Source: a virus
Strand: one strand, 5' to 3'
DNA: 64,000 nt
IMG/VR virus record: IMGVR_UViG_3300040801_003693
Coordinates: 32,001 to 96,000 of that record
Position numbers and translations under genes: made by a program. The notes under the pieces are model-generated. The model had not been told where the DNA came from. It was given only the letters and a program-made list of their open reading frames with translations, and did not search any database. Below, piece after piece: positions 1 to 9,219 of the stretch. The stretch's first letter is position 1. Every line of letters begins with the position of its first letter.

Positions 1-187
1 CTTCGCAAAGTATTTCTATTGCTTTCATGTACATCTCTTGATATTCTTCCCTAAAACTACTAGGGAGTTCTCTTCCTACAATTGCCATCATAATTGGCAT
101 ACAGTTCTCCCCTTTAGCCAATTCTAAAAGCTGATTCTCAACTTGTGCATTGTTTAAATTTCCCAAAGCAATTAATAAGTTTCTCAT
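1..187 (-). CDS. hypothetical protein, runs off the window edge (MRNLLIALGNLNN...)
   Basis: ATG at 187, frame open to position 1, same strand as neighbours, upstream hairpins at about 222-280. Confidence 0.6.
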   Translation of the reverse strand, partial: MRNLLIALGNLNNAQVENQLLELAKGENCMPIMMAIVGRELPSSFREEYQEMYMKAIEILCE

Positions 188-317
188 GATTGTTAAATTG
201 AATGTATTCCGTATTGTTTTCATAAGACCATTAACCTAAATTAATAGTCTTAAGAAAGAGTGAGTAAATAACTCCCACTCATTAATTACCGCAGGATTAC
301 TAAATATCAATATTTAA

Positions 318-590
318 TTAAAAATTTATATCTAAAGCTAATTCCAATTCATATCCTCTCTTTTCAGCTTCACATTGCTTTATAACATTATTGAAACTAG
401 ATAACAACTTCCTCTCTACTCTACTTGCTTCTTGATAACTAACATTGAAAACTCTACCATAAGATGTAAATATCCTATAGTAACTATTTGACTTTCCACG
501 ACCAAGATTGTATTCCATATTAACTCTTTCTATTAAAAAGTTTTCAACCAATACTTTCTTTCCACTCAAACATTTAATTAAGGTATACAT
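318..590 (-). CDS. hypothetical protein
   Basis: 90-aa ORF in the co-oriented gene run, flanked by hairpins (about 620-648, 670-692). Confidence 0.6.
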   Translation of the reverse strand: MYTLIKCLSGKKVLVENFLIERVNMEYNLGRGKSNSYYRIFTSYGRVFNVSYQEASRVERKLLSSFNNVIKQCEAEKRGYELELALDINF

Positions 591-702
591 GGCAGTTTTA
601 AATTTAGGTAAACATTAAGAAAGCTTTTAATATATAATTAAAAGCTTTAGTACTGTTTATTAAATTAAAGGTAGCAGCTAAATTGCTACCTCAAACATAT
701 TC

Positions 703-1137
703 TTAAGTCTGCTCTTTTATCTCTAAATTAAAATTATAATCACAAACTTTTTTATTAAATCTATTTTGAATCTCAGTCGCCTTTTCTCTATCTTCTATGG
801 AAGAATACAACTCTTCCAACCTTGTACTTCCATTAACTAAATAAGAGGCTAAAATAAATATCTTCTCAGCATGATCTGCTATAAATTTATTCTCTGAACA
901 TTCTAATGTATCAGCTATGACACCTATCGTCTGACCAAAGGCTAAACCTCTTGCTCTTGCTATTGTAATTAAAGCTAAATAGTTTTTACTAGCTTCTTTT
1001 CTTTCTTCCCCCGGAAGAAAATGATTTATAAAAATTGCTCTACAAAGAGCTAACCTCCGATGATATTCTGAGTGCCCCACCGGATTCTGTGCTAGTAGTC
1101 TTGGATTCAGTTTCTCTCTGAAGGTTTGCATTTGCAT
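703..1137 (-). CDS. hypothetical protein
   Basis: 144-aa ORF, AGAAGG upstream of ATG. Confidence 0.65.
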   Translation of the reverse strand: MQMQTFREKLNPRLLAQNPVGHSEYHRRLALCRAIFINHFLPGEERKEASKNYLALITIARARGLAFGQTIGVIADTLECSENKFIADHAEKIFILASYLVNGSTRLEELYSSIEDREKATEIQNRFNKKVCDYNFNLEIKEQT

Positions 1138-1354
1138 TACCTTCTGTTAATAAGGATAAACGACTTAAATCTTCTACAGCAGAAAGTAGTACTATTGCAA
1201 ATTCTAACTCTGCTGCTTCATCTTTTACTTTATTATGCATGACTGAAAGATTTATTCCTCTTCTGTTACAAATCTTTACTTATTAAATTGCTGTCTTTGA
1301 AATTTACCAGAGGTAAAAATATTAGAGTTACCCCTCAAGGGGCAACTCTTTATT

Positions 1355-2008
1355 TTATACTTCTTCTTCTTCTTTTACTTCTAAAACTTCGTTCTGTTGT
1401 TCTGCGGGTACTGATTCGTCTACTGTTTCCAGTTCTTCTTCTGTGACATTTCTAGTGGGGGCACCAGAAATTTGTACGGGCTTTTGTTTGGCTTTACGTT
1501 GTGCTAGTTCTAATTTGGTAAGTCTAGAAGCATAACGTGTTTTGACAACTTTACTACGATCGAGTACTTTAGTTACCTGTGAACCATCTTCATCAGTATT
1601 AATGATGCAGTTGGAAAGTGACTCGATGGGATTTCCAGGAGTACCGTCAGGTAGTACTACATCCTCTTTTACTGCAAAGAAACCTAATACACTGACTAAT
1701 GTAAAAGGATTCTTCTTGCAAAAAGTTTGTAGTTTGCGGGCTTCACGACGATCGATACCAAATACGTTTATTACTTTCTTTGGAACGCCGTCTTCTGTAG
1801 CTTGATATCTAGCTTTGATCCAGGTACGGATACTTCCGTCTCCATACTCTCTGCTTTTGATTTCATCTACTGTGAGCCATAGCTCGTCATAGGTTTCTTC
1901 AACGTACTCGTCTAAATCCTCTAACTCCAATTCTTCATCAAGGATTTGCGCCTCAGTTTCAGAATTAGTAGTTACAGCAGCTAGATTTTGCTTGTTGTTG
2001 TTAGCCAT
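1355..2008 (-). CDS. acidic hypothetical protein (possibly ssDNA-binding)
   Basis: 217 aa, beta-rich core and acidic N- and C-termini; function is inference only. Confidence 0.6.
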   Translation of the reverse strand: MANNNKQNLAAVTTNSETEAQILDEELELEDLDEYVEETYDELWLTVDEIKSREYGDGSIRTWIKARYQATEDGVPKKVINVFGIDRREARKLQTFCKKNPFTLVSVLGFFAVKEDVVLPDGTPGNPIESLSNCIINTDEDGSQVTKVLDRSKVVKTRYASRLTKLELAQRKAKQKPVQISGAPTRNVTEEELETVDESVPAEQQNEVLEVKEEEEV

Positions 2009-2086
2009 GATGTTATTAGTTATTAGTTAAGGTGTATAGATTTGTCTGCTCCGTTTTGAGTCGGGAGCTTGACTAAAGAATTTCTT

Positions 2087-2306
2087 CTCTATCACTTGCA
2101 TCATGAATTAAGATTCAGGACACAAGAATAGAGAGTTAATCCTCTACCATTTGCATCATGAATTCGGATTCACGAATTAAGAGTAATGAATTAACTCTCT
2201 ATCACTTGCATCATGAATCATGAATCAAGAATAAAGAATTATTCCTCTATCACTTGAATCATGAATCATGAATAAAGAATTATCTCTACACATTTGAATC
2301 ATGAAT
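2087..2306. repeat. five degenerate direct repeats, consensus CTCTATCACTTG(C/A)ATCATGAAT
   Basis: copies start at 2087, 2142, 2197, 2245 and 2284 (spacing 55, 55, 48, 39). Confidence 0.85.
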
Positions 2307-2309
2307 CTC

Positions 2310-2326
2310 CCCGCCCGAAGGGCGGG
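2310..2326. other. GC-rich hairpin CCCGCCC-GAA-GGGCGGG
   Basis: perfect 7-bp stem with a C(GAA)G loop on the + strand, in AT-rich DNA. Confidence 0.8.
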
Positions 2327-2623
2327 TTATTCTTAGGGAGTAAAGTATAATGCTTAAATTGTTTGGGTAAAAACTAATGCCCAAATATAATTATTTATTT
2401 GATTACTTATTGAAGTCGGGTTCAATCAAGTAATTGTTTATACAAGATCCAATTCATTAGAGTCTGGTCTAATTAAAATAAATCAGTATATTGTCTCTAT
2501 AGAGTAGAATTATTACAGAGTCGGGTCCGTAGATAATTTAAGTTAACCTAGAACAATAAAACTGTCAAGATTAAGAGACGGTTAATAATTATACAAATAC
2601 ATTAGTTGTAGATTACCTCAATA

Positions 2624-2653
2624 AAAAAGGGGGGATATAATATCCCCCCTTTT
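2624..2653. terminator. bidirectional intrinsic terminator-like hairpin AAAAGGGGGGA-TATAATA-TCCCCCCTTTT
   Basis: perfect stem with A/T tracts on both sides, downstream of the 2695 gene. Confidence 0.7.
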
Positions 2654-2694
2654 ACTTAGCGGTACTTAAACCTCCAAAACTTTACTTCTAACAT

Positions 2695-3864
2695 TTACAA
2701 ATTGTCAAGATCAAATTCATCATCATCATCATCATCATCATCCTCTGAAGTAGAAACAGTAGTAGTAATTACTGTTGTAGTAACAGTAGATTCAGTATAA
2801 ACAGTAGTATCAAGAGTTTCCTCATCAATACTATTGAATAAATCTTCAAAAGACATTTCTTCCTCCACGGGAGAAGATTGTTCTACTACAGTTTCCTCTA
2901 ATGGTTTCTCTACAGTAGACTCAACTACAGTTTTCTCCTTAGATTCCTCAATAGCAGATTCAATTACAGTTTCCTCCTCTTGCTCACGAAGTCTTTTGTC
3001 TTCATGAAGCTTTTTCATTAGGTCTAGAAAACCTTTACTTTCAAGTGGAGATATCTTTTTTGCTTCAGAAGTTTCAACTTTCTTCCCATTAAAAGCAATC
3101 CGATCGCCACTGGTTTCAATCTCCCTTACTAATTTTTCACCTCCAGTAATAAGTTCAGCATGAAGAATGTCCCGTAGCATCAATCGCAAATCTATTCCTT
3201 CATTCTTAGAGTTTTCTTTGAATCTGTCGATCATATCTCTTATGTCTACTAAGAATTGAAACTGGATATATTTGCTGTTATTAATTAACTCACACATAAC
3301 CTCCCAAGATTTCTTTTGCAACATTCTAGATTGGTTATTTGTTAAACTGCTAGAACTCCTTCCTGCTTTTGCAGTGTAAGGTTTAACGAGTTTAGCTAAG
3401 AAACTTACAGGAATATCTATACGCCAGTTAAGCTTACGGTTTGCAAGTTCAGGCATAAATATTCCAGCATTCTCATACTGGGCAAGACAGATTTCTCCAC
3501 CCTGTTTTTCTATTCCATAACCATTGGAATGGACTAACATAGGAGTTTCAAATCCTTCTTTGTTACTTCTAGTGAAATAACCCTGAAAACCCCGATAGGT
3601 AGTAGCACCCGTTTTGTTATACAGACTTAATTGGGCACGAGAAATAGATAGGATTAAAAGCTTTCCATGCTCTCTTAGCTCTTCTTTGTCTAACACCTCC
3701 GCTTTATCGATATAATAGTTAAATAATTCCTCATGTGAAAGAGGAGTTACTTTAAGTTCAGCTTCTGCTTGAACAGAGTTATCAACCTTACTATTATTAG
3801 TAGCAGGAGTAACAGTGTTGTTATTTTTAGCAGAGTTGTTAGCGAAATAGTTGCTTAAAGACAT
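2695..3864 (-). CDS. hypothetical protein with acidic tail, paralog of 9220..10125
   Basis: start reassigned to ATG 3864 (AAGGAAAA RBS inside the conserved upstream element); shares TG.TT...G..T.S.K.G..TP, NW and EEETVIES blocks with the 9220 gene. Confidence 0.75.
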   Translation of the reverse strand: MSLSNYFANNSAKNNNTVTPATNNSKVDNSVQAEAELKVTPLSHEELFNYYIDKAEVLDKEELREHGKLLILSISRAQLSLYNKTGATTYRGFQGYFTRSNKEGFETPMLVHSNGYGIEKQGGEICLAQYENAGIFMPELANRKLNWRIDIPVSFLAKLVKPYTAKAGRSSSSLTNNQSRMLQKKSWEVMCELINNSKYIQFQFLVDIRDMIDRFKENSKNEGIDLRLMLRDILHAELITGGEKLVREIETSGDRIAFNGKKVETSEAKKISPLESKGFLDLMKKLHEDKRLREQEEETVIESAIEESKEKTVVESTVEKPLEETVVEQSSPVEEEMSFEDLFNSIDEETLDTTVYTESTVTTTVITTTVSTSEDDDDDDDDEFDLDNL

Positions 3865-4000
3865 TATGATTTTCCTTTTGATAAGTGTGTTAAGGATTAA
3901 CCTCACCAAAAGAAAAAGGGGACATAAGTCCCCTTTTTTTATTAATTACTTACGTAAAGCTCGACGGGGGAATCTTCCCTCGTCAGACTTTACAAATGCA

Positions 4001-5281
4001 TTACATATTATCGAATGCATCTGGCTCTTCATTATTATCAGAACCTTTTACCTTAGAACGTACAGAAACAATTCTATCCATATAGGATATAATCTTTCTA
4101 GTAGAAATTTCCATTAAAGAATCTCCACTAAAATGTTTTTGCACAAACTTTCGGTCGAGAAAGTTGATTAAAGCTTTCTTCTGCGCCTTGTGATGAATTG
4201 CACTTATACCAAGACCTTGTGCAGCACGACGATGAATCATACATAAGATAGCCAACTGTTTAACCTCTTCAGCATTAAATCCCGAAAAGGTATAAGCCAT
4301 TAGATTTGGACACTTCTTCTCATTGAAGTTTCCACGCTCTAATAACTTGGCGATCGCACACAAGTTAAACGCACATCTGATTAATTCAAATACCTCCGTA
4401 GTTTTACATTTGTCAGTCCAGTTTTTACCAAATACTGCTTTCCATTCTTCCTCCGGCGAAGAATAATTCTCGGACTTATACTCTCCACGATACTCAGCGC
4501 TGTACATATTAAACAAGAAAGTTAATATCTCTGGGTTCATACCACCCAAAGGACCCCCCTCATACTGTCCTAACTCAGCAGCAATAAAAGCATTTGGGAA
4601 TGCTTTCAAGTATTTGGTACCGAATTTTGTTTTTAGTTCAGCGGATTGAACTGTTAACCCGTGAAGAAACAGTAAAGCAGACATCATTCCAAAGGTTAGC
4701 GGAACACCCACTAGTTTGTAGTTAGTGACTGTTTTAGAAAGATTGTCCTCCAAATCTTTGCAAGTAAAAGCAGCACCAGGAATACCTCCCCATTTGCTAC
4801 AATCAATGCTATCTTTTTGGACATCATAATCCTTACTAGCTTTCTCTAACAGTTGTGTTAGAGTGAGCCATTTTGTAGATACGCATTTCTTTGTATCTTT
4901 AGGACTTTGATAATAATCCCCAAATATTTCCCAATTCTCCGGAGAGCCGTGGATAATATGTGAAGCACGTATACCGTGGATACTTCCTTTGGGAGCTAAT
5001 CTTTCTGCTGTCTTTGTAATGAATATATCCTCTAACTCTTCATTTGAAATACACTGCATACTATTCTCAAGCATATCGTCAATTTTAAATTCAGAATGCC
5101 GCTTTAGTTCTGGTGCGGCTGATTCTTCTTCTAAATCAAACATCCATTCGTCAACAAAATTATCGATTGCTACTTGAGCATTTACCTCACCTAGAGGATT
5201 TTCTAAATGTGTAGCAAAGTTATTAATTAAGTCTTCAAAGGATTCGGAAGAGTTGTTGGAATTGTTATCGTGATTAGACAT
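4001..5281 (-). CDS. hypothetical protein; N-terminus similar to 5487..6785
   Basis: 426 aa, preceded by the array element. Confidence 0.75.
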   Translation of the reverse strand: MSNHDNNSNNSSESFEDLINNFATHLENPLGEVNAQVAIDNFVDEWMFDLEEESAAPELKRHSEFKIDDMLENSMQCISNEELEDIFITKTAERLAPKGSIHGIRASHIIHGSPENWEIFGDYYQSPKDTKKCVSTKWLTLTQLLEKASKDYDVQKDSIDCSKWGGIPGAAFTCKDLEDNLSKTVTNYKLVGVPLTFGMMSALLFLHGLTVQSAELKTKFGTKYLKAFPNAFIAAELGQYEGGPLGGMNPEILTFLFNMYSAEYRGEYKSENYSSPEEEWKAVFGKNWTDKCKTTEVFELIRCAFNLCAIAKLLERGNFNEKKCPNLMAYTFSGFNAEEVKQLAILCMIHRRAAQGLGISAIHHKAQKKALINFLDRKFVQKHFSGDSLMEISTRKIISYMDRIVSVRSKVKGSDNNEEPDAFDNM

Positions 5282-5344
5282 TGTAATTTTCCTTTTGTGT
5301 TAAATTTTATGTACGTTTAACCGTACTCAAAAAAAGAGGGAGAC

Positions 5345-5435
5345 TAAACAATTAACAATTATCAATTAACAATTATCAATGTAAGAATTATTTTCCTTTA
5401 TTGTTAATTGTTTACTGTTTATTGTTAATTGTTTT
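5345..5435. repeat. about 90-bp inverted heptamer-repeat (AACAATT-type, STRR/MITE-like) element in a hairpin loop
   Basis: (AACAATT)n...(AATTGTT)n between AGAGGGAGA and TCTCCCTCT. Confidence 0.8.
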
Positions 5436-5486
5436 ATCTCCCTCTTAATTGCTAGTAATAAAATTTACTAGCAATCGTTACAAAAA

Positions 5487-6785
5487 CTACATATCGTCTG
5501 GGTCGAATTGAGCTTCACCACTTGTACCTACACGATTAACGAGGGCACAACGGTTAAAGATTTTAGTAACTTTATCCACCGCACGCTCAAACAAATGCAG
5601 TTTCATTCCCTTATATTCGATAAGAGAAATACCAGTAGCAAGCGCTGCTAAACCAGAACGTATATCATCTCCCTGGTGTTGAGGAAATGATACAATACCA
5701 AAATAATTTAGCAGTCTATAAAGTTCTACTACCGCCTGGGGAGACGATGCATTACTTATCTCAAAACCTATACCTCCTGTTGAGTGATATTTAAAGTTGA
5801 TATCAAGCATTCCATCTTTGGAATACTCAATACATTCATTGAAAGTAGATTTGTTCCCATACATTTGTATAGGAGTTGCAAGGTTAGTACCCTTTTGTCT
5901 TAGTAAGTAACCAAAACTTTTACGAGTCAAACCAGACTTAAGTAACCCAACGAGCATATTACCCCACAAGTCGTGAGATTCCATGAGGAACCCAAAATAA
6001 TTTTCAGGTGTAGTTTCGTTGTCTACATTTGCGATGTAGTATCTATTACGAGGTACAAAAGCGGGATTAATTATCTCAAAAGAATTAGCATCCCAACGCA
6101 ACCAAATCAGATAACCAAAGCTTGTGATAGCAAAGATATCTGGATCTTTTGGATCTACTTTTACCGCAATGGATTTAAAGTAATCTCTCCACATTTGATA
6201 GGGAAGATTCATAATCTGAGAGCGAACCAAGTCCGCATTCGTGATTAAACTTACTTTCTTAGCAGCAATACATTCGGGAACTTTTTCAGGAAGCTCCTTA
6301 ATGATAATTACTCCTTCCTCTGCGGCTTCTTCGTAGCCATAGATTACTTGGGCATTCATACCTTCAAAGAATGCTGTCTCTGCATTTTTATCGGCATTCT
6401 CATCTAGCCAATAAAGTTTATGTTCAACCCAAGCTTCGACAATTGCTGGTGGAACTAAGTATCCTTTCTCCGCTTTGACTATTTCCATCCATCGCAGAAC
6501 AGCGTTAAGCTTAGCTATCCCTGTTTCTTCTAAAAGTTTAGGATCGCAAAACTGAGAAAAGATTTCATAGTCAATAGGAGTGTAAGACATTTCCACTCTT
6601 TCAGCCTTCATTTCTTCGGGCTGGTCTTCGTCGTATTCTACAGGTAAATCCATGAACAACCCATACCACCATGCTTCTAAAGCAGTGATGTCTATACTAC
6701 CTTCATCAAAGCGATCCATAATTGAGTCATATAGATCGACTAAAGTTTCAGCAATACCGTTAGATTGATTGTCTAAGTTAGCCAT
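5487..6785 (-). CDS. hypothetical protein
   Basis: start at ATG 6785 (GGAG RBS); 432 aa. Confidence 0.75.
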   Translation of the reverse strand: MANLDNQSNGIAETLVDLYDSIMDRFDEGSIDITALEAWWYGLFMDLPVEYDEDQPEEMKAERVEMSYTPIDYEIFSQFCDPKLLEETGIAKLNAVLRWMEIVKAEKGYLVPPAIVEAWVEHKLYWLDENADKNAETAFFEGMNAQVIYGYEEAAEEGVIIIKELPEKVPECIAAKKVSLITNADLVRSQIMNLPYQMWRDYFKSIAVKVDPKDPDIFAITSFGYLIWLRWDANSFEIINPAFVPRNRYYIANVDNETTPENYFGFLMESHDLWGNMLVGLLKSGLTRKSFGYLLRQKGTNLATPIQMYGNKSTFNECIEYSKDGMLDINFKYHSTGGIGFEISNASSPQAVVELYRLLNYFGIVSFPQHQGDDIRSGLAALATGISLIEYKGMKLHLFERAVDKVTKIFNRCALVNRVGTSGEAQFDPDDM

Positions 6786-6842
6786 GTGTTTCTCCAATAT
6801 ATTTGTTTATGTGCGGTTTAATGCACTCAGAAAAAAAGGGGG

Positions 6843-6934
6843 TAATCAATTAACAATAACCAGTAAACAATTAACAATGAAGAAAAATTTTTCTTGCATT
6901 GTTTATTGTTCATTGATAATTGTTAATTGGTTTG
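6843..6934. repeat. inverted heptamer-repeat element (same family as 5345)
   Basis: closely similar to the 9113-9200 copy; sits between GGGGG and CCCCC arms. Confidence 0.8.
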
Positions 6935-6965
6935 TCCCCCTTTATAACTAACGCGCTCACTATCT

Positions 6966-9050
6966 TTATTTCAATCTAACTGTTGCTTGTTCTGCTACAG
7001 TATGACTGGTGTTAGGATATAGTTTGCGGAATAATCTTGGTACGCTTTTGATACACTCTAAATTCTTAGGATTTTTCACCCAAGACATTAGTGCATCAAT
7101 ACTCAAGAAGTTACAAAGATCGCCGTCGTCATCTCCGTTGTTACCTCCGTACCACTCGATTGCAGGCACCGTCAGACAAGCTTTAGCAACTAACTGTTTA
7201 TCCCTAACGATGTCAGGAAACTCGCAGTATTCTGTTGCAGGACCAACTATTTTAACTACTGCAAATAAATAGCTGGGATTTGGGTTACGCCATACTAATA
7301 GACGCTTACCTTGAAGCTTGCCAGCCCAAGGATCGTTGGAAGCAAGATAAACCTCACCTTCAGTTACCCAACTGGCTTCAATACCACGAACCTTCATCGT
7401 GTATACCCGCTTACCACTCTTAGTAGCGTTCTTTAGCGGAGTGTTTCTCCCTTCCCCAAACTCGTCGTCTCCTACTACGCTCTGCTTGCAACAGCTAACG
7501 TAAATGTTCAACAACTGGTCTCGGGTAGAAGTCCAGTCTTTTGGACGGTCATCAGGATGTACACCATAATGTCTTATGATATCCACAATACACTTAGCAA
7601 CTAAATTTACACCTCCTTCGGGAGTTAATCCCATGATTTTTGCTAACTCAGTAGAAACCCAAACATCATAACCACCCCCATGAGTAATTACTAAATTGTT
7701 TGGTGCAGCTTTTAAAATACTGCTAATAGAAGACGCATCCTCAAATTCAACGTAGTTTTTATCAGTCCAATAAGTAGCTCCCTTGGGAGTTTTCTCATAG
7801 GCAACGTCGAGAAGAATTGACATCTCCCTTTCGTTCTGATAGCCTGTAGCTTTTAAAGCCAAGCCTAAATCGTTATTGATATTATGGATGGACTGCAAAC
7901 CTTCCCAATAAATCTTACCGGAACCGTTAGAAGAACGGTTTTCCTCAGTCAAAGACAGTTCAGTTGTAGTATGATGCATACCAAAGATTGCGTCTCCGGT
8001 AATAAACATATAGTTTCCACAAAACGAAACGTTCTGTTTCCCCTCATACTGCTTTTTAAGAACAGTAATAAATTCGTCACGGAAGTAACGAACTCCTACA
8101 ACTTTACGAGTTGAAGCGTCAATGAACTGATTAATTTCTCCGATTTGCTTATTGGTAGGAAATGAAGTAATACCAGATGCTCCTTCTACATCTACTTCAC
8201 GAATCTTCATTACCGAACTTTCTCCAGTCATGCAGTACTTAGTGGAAGCCCAAAGCTGTTTAGAAATTTGAGAACCTTTGATTCCCTCCGAACCAACAGC
8301 AACTTTTACGTGGGGTATACGTACAGCAGTTTCGTTCAGAATATTTTGAACGTTTGTAAAATGTTCCCCGATAGATTCGTAGAGTACGAACCCACCATAA
8401 TCCATTAAATCCTCCAAGTTTTTACAAATTGGATTGGGAACAAAACACATTTTGGCAGCTTCACCCGCAACTTTTTGGTTATTGCAGTTACGTGTAATAT
8501 GCTTACCAATGACGCGCAATCTTAACTGACCGCTGGAACTACCCTTCTCAAAATCTAAATCAGTATATTTTATTTGTGGCAACGCTGTAATTAGGAATTC
8601 AAAATCTTCTCCTTTACTATATTGAGCGGCGTTAACAAATGTTCCCGTACCCAATAAGTCTTCTTGAAATATTTTGTCCCCTGGCTTTAATACGTCACCA
8701 ACACGTACCAAATACTTGATACGTGAGCGAACTGCTTTAAGTCTTTCATCCCACTCCATCTTCGGATCTAAATTCCAAACAGAAAGTTGAAACTTAAGAT
8801 TTGCCTCGATTTCATGAAATTCAGTACCAGCAAAGTACACTGACCCAGATACTCCAGGATTTAAAATCGCTTGCAGGTTATAAGAAATAACTGTGCTTCT
8901 ATGTGCCCCCTTCTGACACACAGTCTCTTCTTCAGACTCAAATACTATTGGTGCTTCAACCCCAATGGTACTTTGTGTTGCGGATAATCTGTTGAGACCA
9001 TCTGCTAATTGAGCAGCGGATAAAGAAGCGATTTGTTTGATGTAGCTCAT
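6966..9050 (-). CDS. putative compact single-chain two-barrel RNA polymerase (YonO-like architecture)
   Basis: beta-like VRVGDVLKPGDKI and QKVAGEAAKM; beta'-like LLVWRNP followed by GNNGDDDGD (DxDGD metal-binding motif). Confidence 0.65.
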   Translation of the reverse strand: MSYIKQIASLSAAQLADGLNRLSATQSTIGVEAPIVFESEEETVCQKGAHRSTVISYNLQAILNPGVSGSVYFAGTEFHEIEANLKFQLSVWNLDPKMEWDERLKAVRSRIKYLVRVGDVLKPGDKIFQEDLLGTGTFVNAAQYSKGEDFEFLITALPQIKYTDLDFEKGSSSGQLRLRVIGKHITRNCNNQKVAGEAAKMCFVPNPICKNLEDLMDYGGFVLYESIGEHFTNVQNILNETAVRIPHVKVAVGSEGIKGSQISKQLWASTKYCMTGESSVMKIREVDVEGASGITSFPTNKQIGEINQFIDASTRKVVGVRYFRDEFITVLKKQYEGKQNVSFCGNYMFITGDAIFGMHHTTTELSLTEENRSSNGSGKIYWEGLQSIHNINNDLGLALKATGYQNEREMSILLDVAYEKTPKGATYWTDKNYVEFEDASSISSILKAAPNNLVITHGGGYDVWVSTELAKIMGLTPEGGVNLVAKCIVDIIRHYGVHPDDRPKDWTSTRDQLLNIYVSCCKQSVVGDDEFGEGRNTPLKNATKSGKRVYTMKVRGIEASWVTEGEVYLASNDPWAGKLQGKRLLVWRNPNPSYLFAVVKIVGPATEYCEFPDIVRDKQLVAKACLTVPAIEWYGGNNGDDDGDLCNFLSIDALMSWVKNPKNLECIKSVPRLFRKLYPNTSHTVAEQATVRLK

Positions 9051-9112
9051 GTAATTTTCCTTTTTATGAATTCCGGATTTGTTCCGGTATGACTCAATAA
9101 AAAGGGGGATTA

Positions 9113-9200
9113 GTCAATTAACAATGACCAGTAAACAATTAACAATGAAGAATAATAGTTCTTACATTGTTTATTGTTAATTGATAATTGTTAATTGTTT
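9113..9200. repeat. inverted heptamer-repeat element (same family)
   Basis: CAATTAACAATGACCAGTAAACAATTAACAATGAAGAA...ATTGTTTATTGTTAATTGATAATTGTTAATTG. Confidence 0.8.
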
Positions 9201-9219
9201 ATCTTCCCCCTTCTAAAAA

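Noticed and set aside
2087-2306. Possible CRISPR array
   Set aside because: The intervening sequences resemble each other and shrink (33, 33, 26, 17 nt), and the repeat lacks a CRISPR-like end; it is a degenerate tandem repeat.
2717-2742. (TCA)n microsatellite
   Set aside because: It simply encodes the poly-Asp tail of the 2695 protein.
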